Shown: positions 55,706 to 64,000, counted from the first letter of the stretch. The stretch: 64,000 nt of DNA from Gemmatimonadales bacterium (GCA_025928645.1 JAICJD010000001.1:24108-88107); one strand, 5' to 3'. Program-made: numbers and translations. The notes: generated from the sequence alone by a model not told the origin.

Positions 55706-56682
55706 CAGTCCATCGCGAATTCGCGGTTGAACACGACTTCGAAGCGGAAAGTCTTCGCGCGGCTCCGCGTCTCCATCAGCTCGGCGATGCGCTTGAGCCG
55801 CGACGGGATGCCCATGATCTTCTCCTGGGCGATCCGTCCGATCTCGTTCAACCCCTGGAGGCTCTCGATCTTCCAGTAGCGGATCTGCTCCTGGACGATC
55901 CGCAGGTAATCCCGCGGACCGTAGATGCCGGCGCGCCGGATCACCTCGGCCAGCTCCTTGAAGCCCGGCATGGTGACGCCTGGCATGTCGATCGCCGGCA
56001 GGATGAACGCCGCCGAATGGAGGGCGCCGTTGGGATCCCGCTGGAGGATGAGCTCGAACACGTTGCGGTAGAACGCGTAGTGCCGTGCCTCGTCCTTGGC
56101 CACGTGTGCCAGCACCTGGGCGAGCCGAGGCTCGTACTCGCCCACGATACGGCCGGTCTCACTGTGGGAGAACTGCGTCGCCCGCTCCTGCACCGTGGTG
56201 TAGGCGAAGACCCGGTAAGGGTCCTTGTCCCAATCGGGGTGGAAGCCGGCCCGCAGATACTCGAACTGCATCTCCTCGATCTTCCGCTGGTCGAACAGCC
56301 GGGTGTCGCGCGTGTAGTCGTGCAGCACCTGGCCGTGCCGATCCTCCTCCGCGGTCCACAGATTGTTCCATCTGCGCCAGTGGCTGTCGTCGCCCAGGTA
56401 CACCGCCAGCAGGCGGTGGAAGTGGGGCAGGCCTTCCTCGGTGAGCATATTGAGGGCGAGCGCGGCACGGATCGGATCGGGGATGCTCTTGGCCTGATCG
56501 CGGAGCTGGCGGAAGAACTCGTCGGGACAGGACTCCGGCTGGGGGCCGAGGATGTCCGAGGGCATCCACACGTCCCGCTTGCGCTCGTGGTTCTCCATCA
56601 GCTCGCGCACCGGTTCTTCCAGGTCCTGCAGCACTTCGATTTTCGAGGCGAGGTCGCGCGCCGGATCGGTGGCGGAGCCCAT
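55705..56682 (-). CDS. Soluble acyl-ACP desaturase (di-iron, FA_desaturase_2 family; DesA-like)
   Basis: Two EExxH di-iron motifs (TAEEDRHG, AKDEARHY) plus LNMLTEEGLPHF and TVQERATQ. Start set to the ATG at 56680-56682 (MGSATDPARD…), preceded by AAGGAAAC. Confidence 0.85.
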   Translation of the reverse strand: MGSATDPARDLASKIEVLQDLEEPVRELMENHERKRDVWMPSDILGPQPESCPDEFFRQLRDQAKSIPDPIRAALALNMLTEEGLPHFHRLLAVYLGDDSHWRRWNNLWTAEEDRHGQVLHDYTRDTRLFDQRKIEEMQFEYLRAGFHPDWDKDPYRVFAYTTVQERATQFSHSETGRIVGEYEPRLAQVLAHVAKDEARHYAFYRNVFELILQRDPNGALHSAAFILPAIDMPGVTMPGFKELAEVIRRAGIYGPRDYLRIVQEQIRYWKIESLQGLNEIGRIAQEKIMGIPSRLKRIAELMETRSRAKTFRFEVVFNREFAMD

Positions 56683-56692
56683 GTGTTTCCTT

Positions 56693-56720
56693 TTGTAGCA
56701 AGCTGCTTGTAGCAAGCTGC
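56693..56720. repeat. Perfect tandem duplication of a 14-mer directly upstream of the desaturase start codon
   Basis: ttgtagcaagctgc at 56693-56706 is repeated exactly at 56707-56720. The junction creates the 11-nt palindrome caagctgcttg (56699-56709). Confidence 0.9.
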
Positions 56721-56748
56721 GGGTCGGGGCCATTCCCCGTCCAGGTGA

Positions 56749-56785
56749 CAAAACGGCCAGCCGCGAAAGATACAGCGACTGGCCG
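56749..56785 (-). terminator. Rho-independent terminator candidate after the GNAT gene
   Basis: Minus strand CGGCCAGTCGC-(10-nt loop)-GCGGCTGGCCG, an 11-bp stem with one G-U pair, followed by TTTTG. Confidence 0.55.
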
Positions 56786-56809
56786 TGCCGAGCCAAGGAA
56801 TCCTGGGGT

Positions 56810-57241
56810 CTACCGATCGCCGGAGCCGAGCCGCTTCTCCATCAGGGCCCAGGAACGGTGGCCTATGTAGTCGTCCCGGCGGAAGATGCGCCGCCAGCCG
56901 AGGGCGGCGAGCAGGCCTTCCGAGCGGTCATCGTCCGTCCAGAATTCAGCCACGTGACCCCCGGATTCCGTTGCCCGCTCCTCGAAGGCCTGTAACAGCC
57001 GATGGGCGTGGCCCTGATGCCGCTCCTGCGGCAGGACTACCACGTCGACCAGATGGGCCACCCCGCCGCGCAGCCAATAGCGCAGGCCGCCCACCCAGTC
57101 GCCGATCTCGTTGCTGAGAATGAGGTAATGCTCGTCGAGGTCGCCCGAGCCTGTGAGTCCCTCCTCCTGCTCGAGGAGCTCGGAGAACCAGGCCGAGAAA
57201 TCCTCGTCCTGGCCCATCTCTCGAATGGTGAGCTCGCTCAT
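56810..57241 (-). CDS. GNAT family N-acetyltransferase
   Basis: HLVDVVVLPQERHQGHAHRLLQAFEERA (GNAT motif A-like). Start set to the ATG at 57239-57241 (MSELTIREMG…). Confidence 0.7.
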   Translation of the reverse strand: MSELTIREMGQDEDFSAWFSELLEQEEGLTGSGDLDEHYLILSNEIGDWVGGLRYWLRGGVAHLVDVVVLPQERHQGHAHRLLQAFEERATESGGHVAEFWTDDDRSEGLLAALGWRRIFRRDDYIGHRSWALMEKRLGSGDR

Positions 57242-57407
57242 GGGGCCACCCGCTTTCCGGTGTGATTCACGACCACCCTTTGCAACAGTGATGCCAGTCG
57301 CCTGGTTCCTGTCCGTGAACGCGGTCACGCGCCGCTTGCCACACGCAACCGCCCACCTACACTTAGCTTGAAACCCAAGCGCGTTCACGCGGCCGAACGG
57401 AGCTGCC

Positions 57408-57851
57408 ATGCCCTCGAATGAAGATCGACACGCCACTGTCCGCTGCGTGTTCTGTCAGACCCCCAATCGAGTCGACCTCGCGAAGCTCTCGAACGGTCCG
57501 AAGTGCGGCAACTGCCACCGGCCCATCCTGCTCGACCGCCCGATCAAGGTGACGCAGGAGGACTTCGATCAGACCGTCCGCGGCACCACCGTTCCCGTCG
57601 CGGTGGACTTCTATGCCGACTGGTGCGGGCCCTGCCACATGATGGCGCCGACGCTGGACGAATTCGCCAGCCGGCACGCCGGCCGGGCCCTCGTTCTCAA
57701 GCTCGATACCGATGCCGATCCGGCCATAGCGGGTCGCTACGGCATCCGGGGCATCCCCACCCTGATCGTCTTCGAGAGCGGGACGGAGCGAGGACGCCAC
57801 GTGGGCGTGGCCGACCTCAAGACGTTGGAGACCCTCGCCGGCCTCACTTGA
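57408..57851 (+). CDS. trxC: Thioredoxin 2-type thioredoxin (N-terminal zinc-finger extension)
   Basis: N-terminal CVFCQ…CGNC zinc-binding pair, then the thioredoxin fold with the WCGPC active site. Confidence 0.85.
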   Translation: MPSNEDRHATVRCVFCQTPNRVDLAKLSNGPKCGNCHRPILLDRPIKVTQEDFDQTVRGTTVPVAVDFYADWCGPCHMMAPTLDEFASRHAGRALVLKLDTDADPAIAGRYGIRGIPTLIVFESGTERGRHVGVADLKTLETLAGLT

Positions 57852-59211
57852 GGCCCACCGCCACGGCGACCCCGATCGCCACGGCCGCGAGCGCCACCAG
57901 CGCTCCAACGACCGGAAGCACGAACCGCAGCCAGTCCTCGTAGCGCACGCCGCTCGCCGCCAGCATCGCCATCAGCGCGCCGTTCGTCGGCGTCACCAGC
58001 TCGCACAATCCCGCCCCGTACTGGTAAGCCAGCACCGTCACCTGTCGCGACAGGCCGATCAGGTCCGAGAGCGGGACCAGCAGCGGCAGCGTCAGTACGG
58101 CCTGCCCGCTCGTGCTCGGCACCGGCAGGTGCACCAGGGCGTGGAACGCCATCATCCCGAGGGCGGACAGCGTCGTGGGCAGCGCGGCGATCGGAACGAG
58201 CAGCCCATGAACGATCGTATCCACCACGTGTCCCTGGTCGAGCACGACGAAGATGGCCCGGGCGAAGCCGATGAGGAGCCCGGCGAACGCCATCGACCGG
58301 AAGCCGTCCACGTACCCTTCGGCGGTGCCGCCGAGTCCCAGGCCGCCGATCAGGCCGGCCGCCACTCCCATCAGGAAGAAGAGCGCGGAGAGCTGATCGA
58401 AGTCCCAGCCGAGCACCTTCACGCCGAAGACGAAGGCGACGAACGTGAGCACCACGATCCCGAGGACGACCGTCTGCCGCCATCCGGACGTGCCGGCCGG
58501 CGGCTCGGCGGAGGACTCGGCCGCCGCGGGCGACTCCGGCACCGTGCGCGTGCGACGCGCGAAACGCATCGTCCCGCCGATCCAGATCACCCACGCGGCC
58601 GCGAGCGCGACGCACCGGAACAGCGACCCGCTGAGTGGCCGGAGCTCGGCCACCTTCTGCGCGATCCCCACCTGGAACGGGTTGATGAAGCTGAATGACG
58701 CCCCCACCGCGGCGACGCCCATGCTCATGGCCACCGCCGTGAGCGCGTTGAGCCCGAGCCGGCGCACGAGCAGCAGGAGCACGGGGACGAACGCGATCAG
58801 CTCTTCCTGCATCTGGATCAGGATGCCGCCCCACGCGAAGGCGAACCCCACGATCGGGATCGCCCACAGACCTCGTCCGGCGAGCCGCCGAACCAGCGAT
58901 TCCACCAGCCTCGCGAGGGCGCCGGTGCGCTCGACGACGGCGAACGCGCCGCCCACGAGAAAGACGTAGAAGATGATCGAGCCCGCGTCCTCCATTCCCT
59001 TGGGGATGGCGACCAGCGTCTCGAAGGCGCCCACCGGGCTCGCGGCTACGCGATGGTAGGTCCCGGGGACGACGACGTCCCGGCCGGTGACCTCGTCGTG
59101 GCGGCGGTCGTACTGTCCGGCGGGCAGCGCCCAGGTGAGCACCGTCGCGACGACGACGCAGAGGACCAGCAGGACCAGCGGGTGAGGCAGCCGGATCCGT
59201 GGGGCGCTCAT
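57844..59211 (-). CDS. YfcC / C4-dicarboxylate anaerobic carrier (DcuC-like) family transporter
   Basis: 455 aa with about 11-12 TM segments. The N-terminus (…HPLVLLVLCVVVATVLTWALPAGQYDR….G….VVPGTY) is typical of YfcC-family proteins. Confidence 0.7.
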   Translation of the reverse strand: MSAPRIRLPHPLVLLVLCVVVATVLTWALPAGQYDRRHDEVTGRDVVVPGTYHRVAASPVGAFETLVAIPKGMEDAGSIIFYVFLVGGAFAVVERTGALARLVESLVRRLAGRGLWAIPIVGFAFAWGGILIQMQEELIAFVPVLLLLVRRLGLNALTAVAMSMGVAAVGASFSFINPFQVGIAQKVAELRPLSGSLFRCVALAAAWVIWIGGTMRFARRTRTVPESPAAAESSAEPPAGTSGWRQTVVLGIVVLTFVAFVFGVKVLGWDFDQLSALFFLMGVAAGLIGGLGLGGTAEGYVDGFRSMAFAGLLIGFARAIFVVLDQGHVVDTIVHGLLVPIAALPTTLSALGMMAFHALVHLPVPSTSGQAVLTLPLLVPLSDLIGLSRQVTVLAYQYGAGLCELVTPTNGALMAMLAASGVRYEDWLRFVLPVVGALVALAAVAIGVAVAVGLK

Positions 59212-59225
59212 GCCGGGCGCGGTCG

Positions 59226-59498
59226 CTAGAGCGTTCGGCAGTGGCGGACGACCGGCTCGGTCCCCGCGCAGGCGATCCGGTCGTTCATCGAGGCGGTGAG
59301 CGGTCCGCAGGCTGAGGTCATGGCTTCACGCAGCGCGTCACCCCGCGAGGCGGCGGAAGCCGTGGCGGACCCCGTCCGGCCCTGGAACGAGACCTCCACG
59401 CGGCACTCGGCCCGCTGGCTCGCGAGGGTGGACCAGAGCAGGAAAGCCACGAAGCCCAGCACGACCAGCAGAGTGACGGCTCGTCCACGACCAGTCAT
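59226..59498 (-). CDS. Hypothetical small exported/membrane protein (4 Cys)
   Basis: 90 aa with an N-terminal TM or signal segment (VTLLVVLGFVAFLLWSTLA). It lies 14 nt upstream of the YfcC-type gene. Confidence 0.4.
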   Translation of the reverse strand: MTGRGRAVTLLVVLGFVAFLLWSTLASQRAECRVEVSFQGRTGSATASAASRGDALREAMTSACGPLTASMNDRIACAGTEPVVRHCRTL

Positions 59499-59582
59499 GG
59501 CGAGGAACCTCCGGTGGGAGTCCGCTGTTCAGCAGGCGAAAACAGGGGCGTGGCACCGGCGCCCGAAGGGAGGCGTGCTCTA

Positions 59583-59822
59583 ATGGAATGTCCCGAGGTC
59601 GCCGAGCGGCTGTGGGAATATCTGGACGACGAGCTTGCGGCGAAAGAGGCGGCGGCGCTCGCTTTTCATCTGGAAGGATGTGGACACTGCCGGCCCCATT
59701 ATCGATGCGACCGCGCCTTTCTCGTCCTCGTGGTCCGCAGTCTGCGAGCGCCCTGTCCCGCTCCGGCCCGGTTGCGAATGGTCGTTCGGGCTCGCCTCGA
59801 CGAGTTGAGGGCCGGCCGCTGA
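59583..59822 (+). CDS. RsrA-like zinc-binding anti-sigma factor (zf-HC2), with no adjacent sigma factor
   Basis: MECPEVAERLWEYLDDELAAKEAAALAFHLEGCGHCRPHYRCDRAFLVLVVRSL…P..LR..V…L follows the RsrA pattern (N-terminal Cys, H-x3-C-x2-C, and a conserved C-terminal helix). Confidence 0.65.
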   Translation: MECPEVAERLWEYLDDELAAKEAAALAFHLEGCGHCRPHYRCDRAFLVLVVRSLRAPCPAPARLRMVVRARLDELRAGR

Positions 59823-60066
59823 CATTGCAGAGCTGAACCGTCCATCGCGCCGGGGGGCTCCCGTTCCGCCGCCAAGGCAGTGCCGTAAGGAATTGCAGTT
59901 CTCCCGCCATGCGTGAACAAGCCCGACCCACCTGGCCGTCCCGGGCTCGATCGGATTTCTCCATGCACCTGTAACACTTCGACTTACGGCCCTGCCGCCC
60001 CCCGGGTCTGCCTCTTGCACGTCCGGCTGCGCTCCCAATCACGCAGGCTTCCGACCAGCGAGACCG

Positions 60067-60447
60067 ATGCGGCTGCTCGTCGTCGAGGATTCCCCGCTGC
60101 TGCGGAAGATGTTCGGCCTGGCCTTTCCTACCGTGCACCACGAGCTGGCGCAGGCGGAGAGCGGACGCCAAGCCATCGAGCTGCTGAGGGGGAGCGCCGC
60201 CCCGTTCGACGCGGTGCTGCTCGACCTCAGCATGCCCGACATGAACGGGCCCGAGTTCATCCGTGCGCTCCGCCGGCTGCCGCTTCACGGGCGTACGCCC
60301 GTCGTGCTCACGACGGCCGAGCCCGACGATTCGGATTTGATGCGCGAGGCCACCTCGCTCGGCGTGTCGGCCGTGGCGAAGAAGCCGTGGACGCCCCAGT
60401 CGCTGCGGGCGCTGGTGCAACAGGTGCTGGACTCTCCGACCGGGTGA
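60067..60447 (+). CDS. cheY: Single-domain response regulator (CheY-like)
   Basis: Receiver residues are present: VVEDS, LLDLSMPDMNG, VVLTT, AKKP. Confidence 0.8.
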   Translation: MRLLVVEDSPLLRKMFGLAFPTVHHELAQAESGRQAIELLRGSAAPFDAVLLDLSMPDMNGPEFIRALRRLPLHGRTPVVLTTAEPDDSDLMREATSLGVSAVAKKPWTPQSLRALVQQVLDSPTG

Positions 60448-60450
60448 CCG

Positions 60451-60846
60451 ATGCCGCACTCCTTTCTCGTGATCGACGACTCGAAGCTCCACCACCAGAT
60501 GTATCGCCTCATCTTCGGGCGTGGCGCGTTGGCGGGAAGCACGGTGTACTACGCGACCAACGGCCGCGAGGGGTACGGCCTCCTCGCCGCGCACCCTGAG
60601 CTCACGATGGTGCTGCTCGATCTCAACATGCCCGAGATGAACGGGCTCGAGATGCTCGAGCGCCGGCGGGCGGAGGCGATGCACCCGCACGTGCCCATCG
60701 TGCTGGTGACGACCGAGGGCACCGCCGAGGACGAGGCCCGCGGCCGCGCCGCGGGCGCCTGGGAATACCTGCGGAAGCCGTTTCAGCCGGCCGACGTCGA
60801 GCGGCTGGTGCTGCGCGCGCTGGCCGAGGCCGCGCCGACGTCCTGA
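60451..60846 (+). CDS. cheY: Single-domain response regulator (CheY-like), second copy
   Basis: VIDDS, LLDLNMPEMNG, VLVTTE, LRKPF. Starts 3 nt after the previous stop. Confidence 0.8.
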   Translation: MPHSFLVIDDSKLHHQMYRLIFGRGALAGSTVYYATNGREGYGLLAAHPELTMVLLDLNMPEMNGLEMLERRRAEAMHPHVPIVLVTTEGTAEDEARGRAAGAWEYLRKPFQPADVERLVLRALAEAAPTS

Positions 60847-60847
60847 C

Positions 60848-62509
60848 GTGGGCGACTCGGAGAATCCCTTCGGGGAGCTGCTGCAGGACTACGTCCTCGA
60901 GTGCCTGCCCCTGGCCGAGCAGGTGGCCGACGCGTTCGTAGAGCTGGAGCGGCGCTGGCGCGAGGGTGATCCGGCCGACACCCTCCTGACCTCGCTCGCG
61001 GGACGGCTCCACACCGTCAAGGGCAACTCCGCCATGATGGGCCTGGTGCCGATGCGGGAGACTGCCCACGCGCTCGAGGATGCCTGCGCGCTGCTGCGCC
61101 AGCAGCCCGAATGCCGGAACGACGAGGCCGCGTCGCTGCTCGTGGCGGGTGGCAGCCTGCTCGTGGACCTGGTGCGTGACGCCTCGGCCGAGCTCGACCC
61201 GGCGCCTGCCGCGCGCTTCGTCGAGCGGGTGCGCCAGTGGCTCGCCGCGGGAGGCGCGCCGGCGGCGGACACCCAGCCCGAGCGCCGGCGGGCCGAGCGG
61301 CGGGGCGCCGAGGCTCCCGCCGATCCCGACAAGGCTGCCAACGTGGTGCGGGTCGACTTCCGGCGGCTCGACGCGATGCTCGAGGTCCTGGGCGAAGGCC
61401 TGATCCAGCACGCCGCGTTGGCCGAAGCCTACCGGGCGCTCGCCCCGCGGGCGCGGGCCGGCCCGGAGCTCGCCCGGCTCGACCATGCGGTCGTGGCGCT
61501 GGAGAAGACGCTCAAGCGGCTCGAGTCCACCCTGATGGAGACGCGCCTGCTGCCGATCTCCACCGTGTTCGCGCGGTTCGCGCGGATGGTGCGCGACACG
61601 GCCGAAGCCGAAGGCAAGCGGGTCCGGCTGGTCACGGCCGGCGGCGAGACGCCGCTCGACAAGGCGGTGCTCGATCGGCTGAGCGAGCCGCTGCTGCACC
61701 TGATCACCAACGCGATCGTGCACGGGATCGAAGGCGGCGAGGTCCGCCGGCAGGGCGGGAAGCCGGACGAGGGGAGCGTCCGGCTCGAGGCGGCGCCGCA
61801 GGCGGGGCGCGTGGTGATCCGGGTCTCGGACGACGGGCGCGGACTCAACGAGCAGGCCATCCGGAAGAAGGCCGAGGCGCTGGGGCAGGAGCTCCGGGAC
61901 GGCGAGACCGTGCCGCTTCGCAATCTGATCTTCCTGCCGGGGCTGTCGACCGCCGAGCGGGTGTCGACGCTGGCCGGCCGCGGCGTGGGCCTCGATGTCG
62001 TGGCCGGCGCGATCCACACGCTCGGCGGCACCATCGACGTGGCCACCGCGCCGGGGCGCGGCACCGCCTTCACGCTGAGCCTGCCGGTCACGCTGGCGAT
62101 CGTGCGTTCGCTGATCGTGGAGATCGATCAGGAGCGCTACGCGCTGCCGCTCGCGCACGTGGCGGAGACGGTCCGCGCGGAGCCCGAGGCCATCCGCGAG
62201 ATCAATCACCGCGGCGTCGCCCAGTGGCGGGGCGGCCTGATCCACGTGGCCGACGGCGGCGCCCTCCTCGGCACCGCGCGCGGCCGGCCCGAGCCGCGGC
62301 GCTACTACGTGGTGATGTCGGCCGGCGGCAAGCGCCGCGGGCTCCTGGTGGACCGGCTGGTGGGCCACCAGGACGTCGTCGTCAAGGGCCTCGACGCGGC
62401 GCTGGGACGGCCCGATGTGGTGTCGGGCACCACCATTCTGGGCGACGGGCGGGTCGCCTGCATCCTGGACGCGGTCCGGATTCTCGAAGGAGGTCGGCGT
62501 GCCGGCTGA
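60848..62509 (+). CDS. cheA: Chemotaxis histidine kinase CheA (HPt-dimerisation-HATPase-CheW-like; no recognisable P2 domain)
   Basis: HPt LHTVKGNSAMMG. Dimerisation VRVDFRRLDAMLEVLGE. The HATPase domain has LLHLITNAIVHGIE, DDGRGL and GRGVGLDVV. C-terminal CheW-like domain. Only a ~60-aa low-complexity linker sits where P2 would be. Confidence 0.85.
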   Translation: MGDSENPFGELLQDYVLECLPLAEQVADAFVELERRWREGDPADTLLTSLAGRLHTVKGNSAMMGLVPMRETAHALEDACALLRQQPECRNDEAASLLVAGGSLLVDLVRDASAELDPAPAARFVERVRQWLAAGGAPAADTQPERRRAERRGAEAPADPDKAANVVRVDFRRLDAMLEVLGEGLIQHAALAEAYRALAPRARAGPELARLDHAVVALEKTLKRLESTLMETRLLPISTVFARFARMVRDTAEAEGKRVRLVTAGGETPLDKAVLDRLSEPLLHLITNAIVHGIEGGEVRRQGGKPDEGSVRLEAAPQAGRVVIRVSDDGRGLNEQAIRKKAEALGQELRDGETVPLRNLIFLPGLSTAERVSTLAGRGVGLDVVAGAIHTLGGTIDVATAPGRGTAFTLSLPVTLAIVRSLIVEIDQERYALPLAHVAETVRAEPEAIREINHRGVAQWRGGLIHVADGGALLGTARGRPEPRRYYVVMSAGGKRRGLLVDRLVGHQDVVVKGLDAALGRPDVVSGTTILGDGRVACILDAVRILEGGRRAG

Positions 62510-63017
62510 CGGTGCTCCCCCAGGCGAGGGGTTGCTCGGCTTCGCCGAGGCCATGGACGCCTCGCCGGCCGAGACCGCGCCCGCGCCCGGCCCCGAGCTT
62601 CACCTTCTCACCTTCGTGCTCGGGCGGGAGGAGTTCGGCATCCCGGTCACCCAGGTGCGGGAGGTGATCCGGGTGGCCGACATCACGCGCGTGCCCCACG
62701 CGCCGGCGCATGTGCGCGGCGTCGCCAACCTCCGCGGCCGCATCCTGGCCGTGGTGGCGCTGCGCTCGCGCCTCGGGTTGCCGGCGGCGGAGCCGACCCC
62801 GCGCTCGCGAATCGTGGTGGTCGACCTCCGGGGTCGCGTGCTCGGCCTGCTGGTCGACGCGGTGTCGCAGGTGACCAAGGTCCCGGAGGCGAGCGTCGTG
62901 GCGGCGCCCGAGGACGTGCGCTCCGCCGAGGCCGACTACGTGACGGGTGTGGCCCGATGGCAGTCCCGGCTGATCATTCTCCTCGATCTCGAGAAGGCGC
63001 TCGCGCCGACCGAGTAG
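62499..63017 (+). CDS. cheW: Chemotaxis coupling protein CheW
   Basis: [22 protein letters not shown]…P.AP..V.GV.NLRG.I..VV.LR. GTG start at 62499, preceded by GGAGG; it overlaps cheA by 11 nt. Confidence 0.85.
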   Translation: MPADGAPPGEGLLGFAEAMDASPAETAPAPGPELHLLTFVLGREEFGIPVTQVREVIRVADITRVPHAPAHVRGVANLRGRILAVVALRSRLGLPAAEPTPRSRIVVVDLRGRVLGLLVDAVSQVTKVPEASVVAAPEDVRSAEADYVTGVARWQSRLIILLDLEKALAPTE

Positions 63018-63037
63018 CTCTCACCACGGGTGGACCG

Positions 63038-64000
63038 ATGTCGAGCTTCGCGCAGGTGATCAAGGACTGGACGATCCGACGGAAGATCCTCACCGGATTC
63101 GGCCTCGTGCTCGCGCTGACCGCGCTGCTCGGCTGGCGCGCGCTGCACGCACTGGGCACGATGTCGCAGCTCGCCGCGGGGGACTACGCGGGTGCGGAAC
63201 GGATCGTGGACGACTCGCGCACCGCGATCCTCCTGCTCCTGGGCCTGACCATCGCCCTCGGCGTGGGGCTCGCTCTCTCGCTCAGCCGCCTCATCGCCGA
63301 CCCGCTCACCAGTCTCGGCATCCTGGCCGAGCAGGTCTCCAAGGGCGACCTCACGGCCGACATCCGGAGCCGCTCGCGCGACGAGATCGGCTGGCTCGAG
63401 CACTCGATGCGCCAGATGGTCAAGAACCTGCGCGAGATCGCGAGCCAGATCGCGGTCTCCTCGCGCACCGTCGCCGCGTCGGCCGAGGAGATCTCGGCCA
63501 ACTCGACCCAGATGGCCAAGGGCGCCGAGATGCAGAGCAGCTCGACCGAGGAGACCAGCTCCACGATGGTGGAGATCGCCTCCCAGATGCAGCACCTCGC
63601 CCGGAGCGCCGAGGCGCTCGCCGCCAACGTGGACCAGACCTCGGCCTCCATCCAGCAGATGAGCGCCACTCTGGTCCAGACCGCGCAGAACGGCGAGATC
63701 CTGCTCGGCGCGGTGGAGCGCGCTACCGGCACGCTCACCACGATGATCGAAAACGTCGGCGCGATCGCCGCGCGGGTGCACCAGGTGGACCAGGTGAGCC
63801 AGCAGTCGGCGTCCGACGTCCGGCGCGACGGCGAGCGGCTGCAGGGCGCCATCGGCTCGATCGGCGAGCGGTCCGACGAGATCGGGAAGATCGTGAAGGT
63901 CATCGAGGGCATCGCCGACCAGACCAACCTGCTCGCGCTCAACGCGGCGATCGAAGCCGCCCGGGCCGGCGAGGCGGGGAAAGGGTTCGCCGTCGTCGCC
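63038..64000 (+). CDS. Methyl-accepting chemotaxis protein (3' end lies outside the window)
   Basis: I translated this by hand because the ORF track omits it (open-ended). TM1, a ~30-aa external loop, TM2, and a HAMP domain ([24 protein letters not shown]). Signalling hairpin [41 protein letters not shown]. Confidence 0.85.
   Translation, partial: MSSFAQVIKDWTIRRKILTGFGLVLALTALLGWRALHALGTMSQLAAGDYAGAERIVDDSRTAILLLLGLTIALGVGLALSLSRLIADPLTSLGILAEQVSKGDLTADIRSRSRDEIGWLEHSMRQMVKNLREIASQIAVSSRTVAASAEEISANSTQMAKGAEMQSSSTEETSSTMVEIASQMQHLARSAEALAANVDQTSASIQQMSATLVQTAQNGEILLGAVERATGTLTTMIENVGAIAARVHQVDQVSQQSASDVRRDGERLQGAIGSIGERSDEIGKIVKVIEGIADQTNLLALNAAIEAARAGEAGKGFAVVA

Noticed and set aside
1-64000. 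A search for CRISPR arrays, tRNA/rRNA genes, transposases, integrases, phage genes, toxin-antitoxin pairs or known defence-system genes.
   Set aside because: I saw no regularly spaced direct repeats, no cloverleaf-like or rRNA-like sequence in any intergenic gap (the largest is 390 bp), and no ORF with recombinase, nuclease or defence-type motifs. tRNAscan-SE or Infernal would be needed to exclude RNA genes formally.

Overview
This is a very GC-rich, densely coding bacterial chromosomal segment. I call about 56 protein-coding genes and one decayed pseudogene. I found no rRNA, tRNA, CRISPR array, transposase, integrase or phage genes. Many long ORFs in the six-frame track are Arg/Pro/Gly/Ala-rich antisense shadows of real genes and are not called.

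Gene layout:
- 1-9.0 kb: TPR fragment, S41 protease, fused E1 dehydrogenase, Ser/Thr kinase, Lon.
- 9.2-11.4 kb: TrmB-like regulator coupled to an HPt / degenerate-receiver / GGDEF protein.
- 11.5-13.3 kb: a decayed zone holding an M28 peptidase remnant and a hypothetical gene with no canonical start.
- 13.3-31.4 kb: an 18-kb envelope-glycan locus.
- 31.5-43.2 kb: one long minus-strand run with nth, polX, hydrolases, peptidases and an OPT transporter.
- 43.5-45.5 kb: small membrane proteins and an ECF sigma / anti-sigma pair.
- 45.7-54.4 kb: PBP4, acyl-CoA dehydrogenase and a methionine-cycle operon (metH plus a fused Hcy-methyltransferase/MTHFR).
- 54.7-59.8 kb: YggT, acyl-ACP desaturase, GNAT, thioredoxin-2, YfcC-type carrier and an orphan RsrA-like protein.
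- 60.1-64.0 kb: a chemosensory cluster of two CheY, CheA, CheW and a partial MCP.

Most interesting observations:
1. The glycan locus joins three parts. These are a Wzm/Wzt ABC export pathway with GT2/GT4 enzymes, a polyprenyl-phospho-arabinose-type donor module (UbiA phosphoribosyltransferase, DprE1-like, DprE2-like), and four GT-C-like membrane proteins. This is the assembly logic of actinobacterial arabinan, found here in a non-actinobacterial-looking gene context.
2. A structured 237-nt leader ends in a strong intrinsic terminator 17 nt upstream of the metH start codon. It is a candidate riboswitch or attenuator, and I cannot assign its class.
3. Several unexplained DNA structures: a 32-bp perfect inverted repeat after lon, a rod-like imperfect palindrome of about 137 nt after the anti-sigma gene, and a perfect tandem 14-mer in front of the desaturase.

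Homology statements rest on motifs I recognise by eye. No database search was run.
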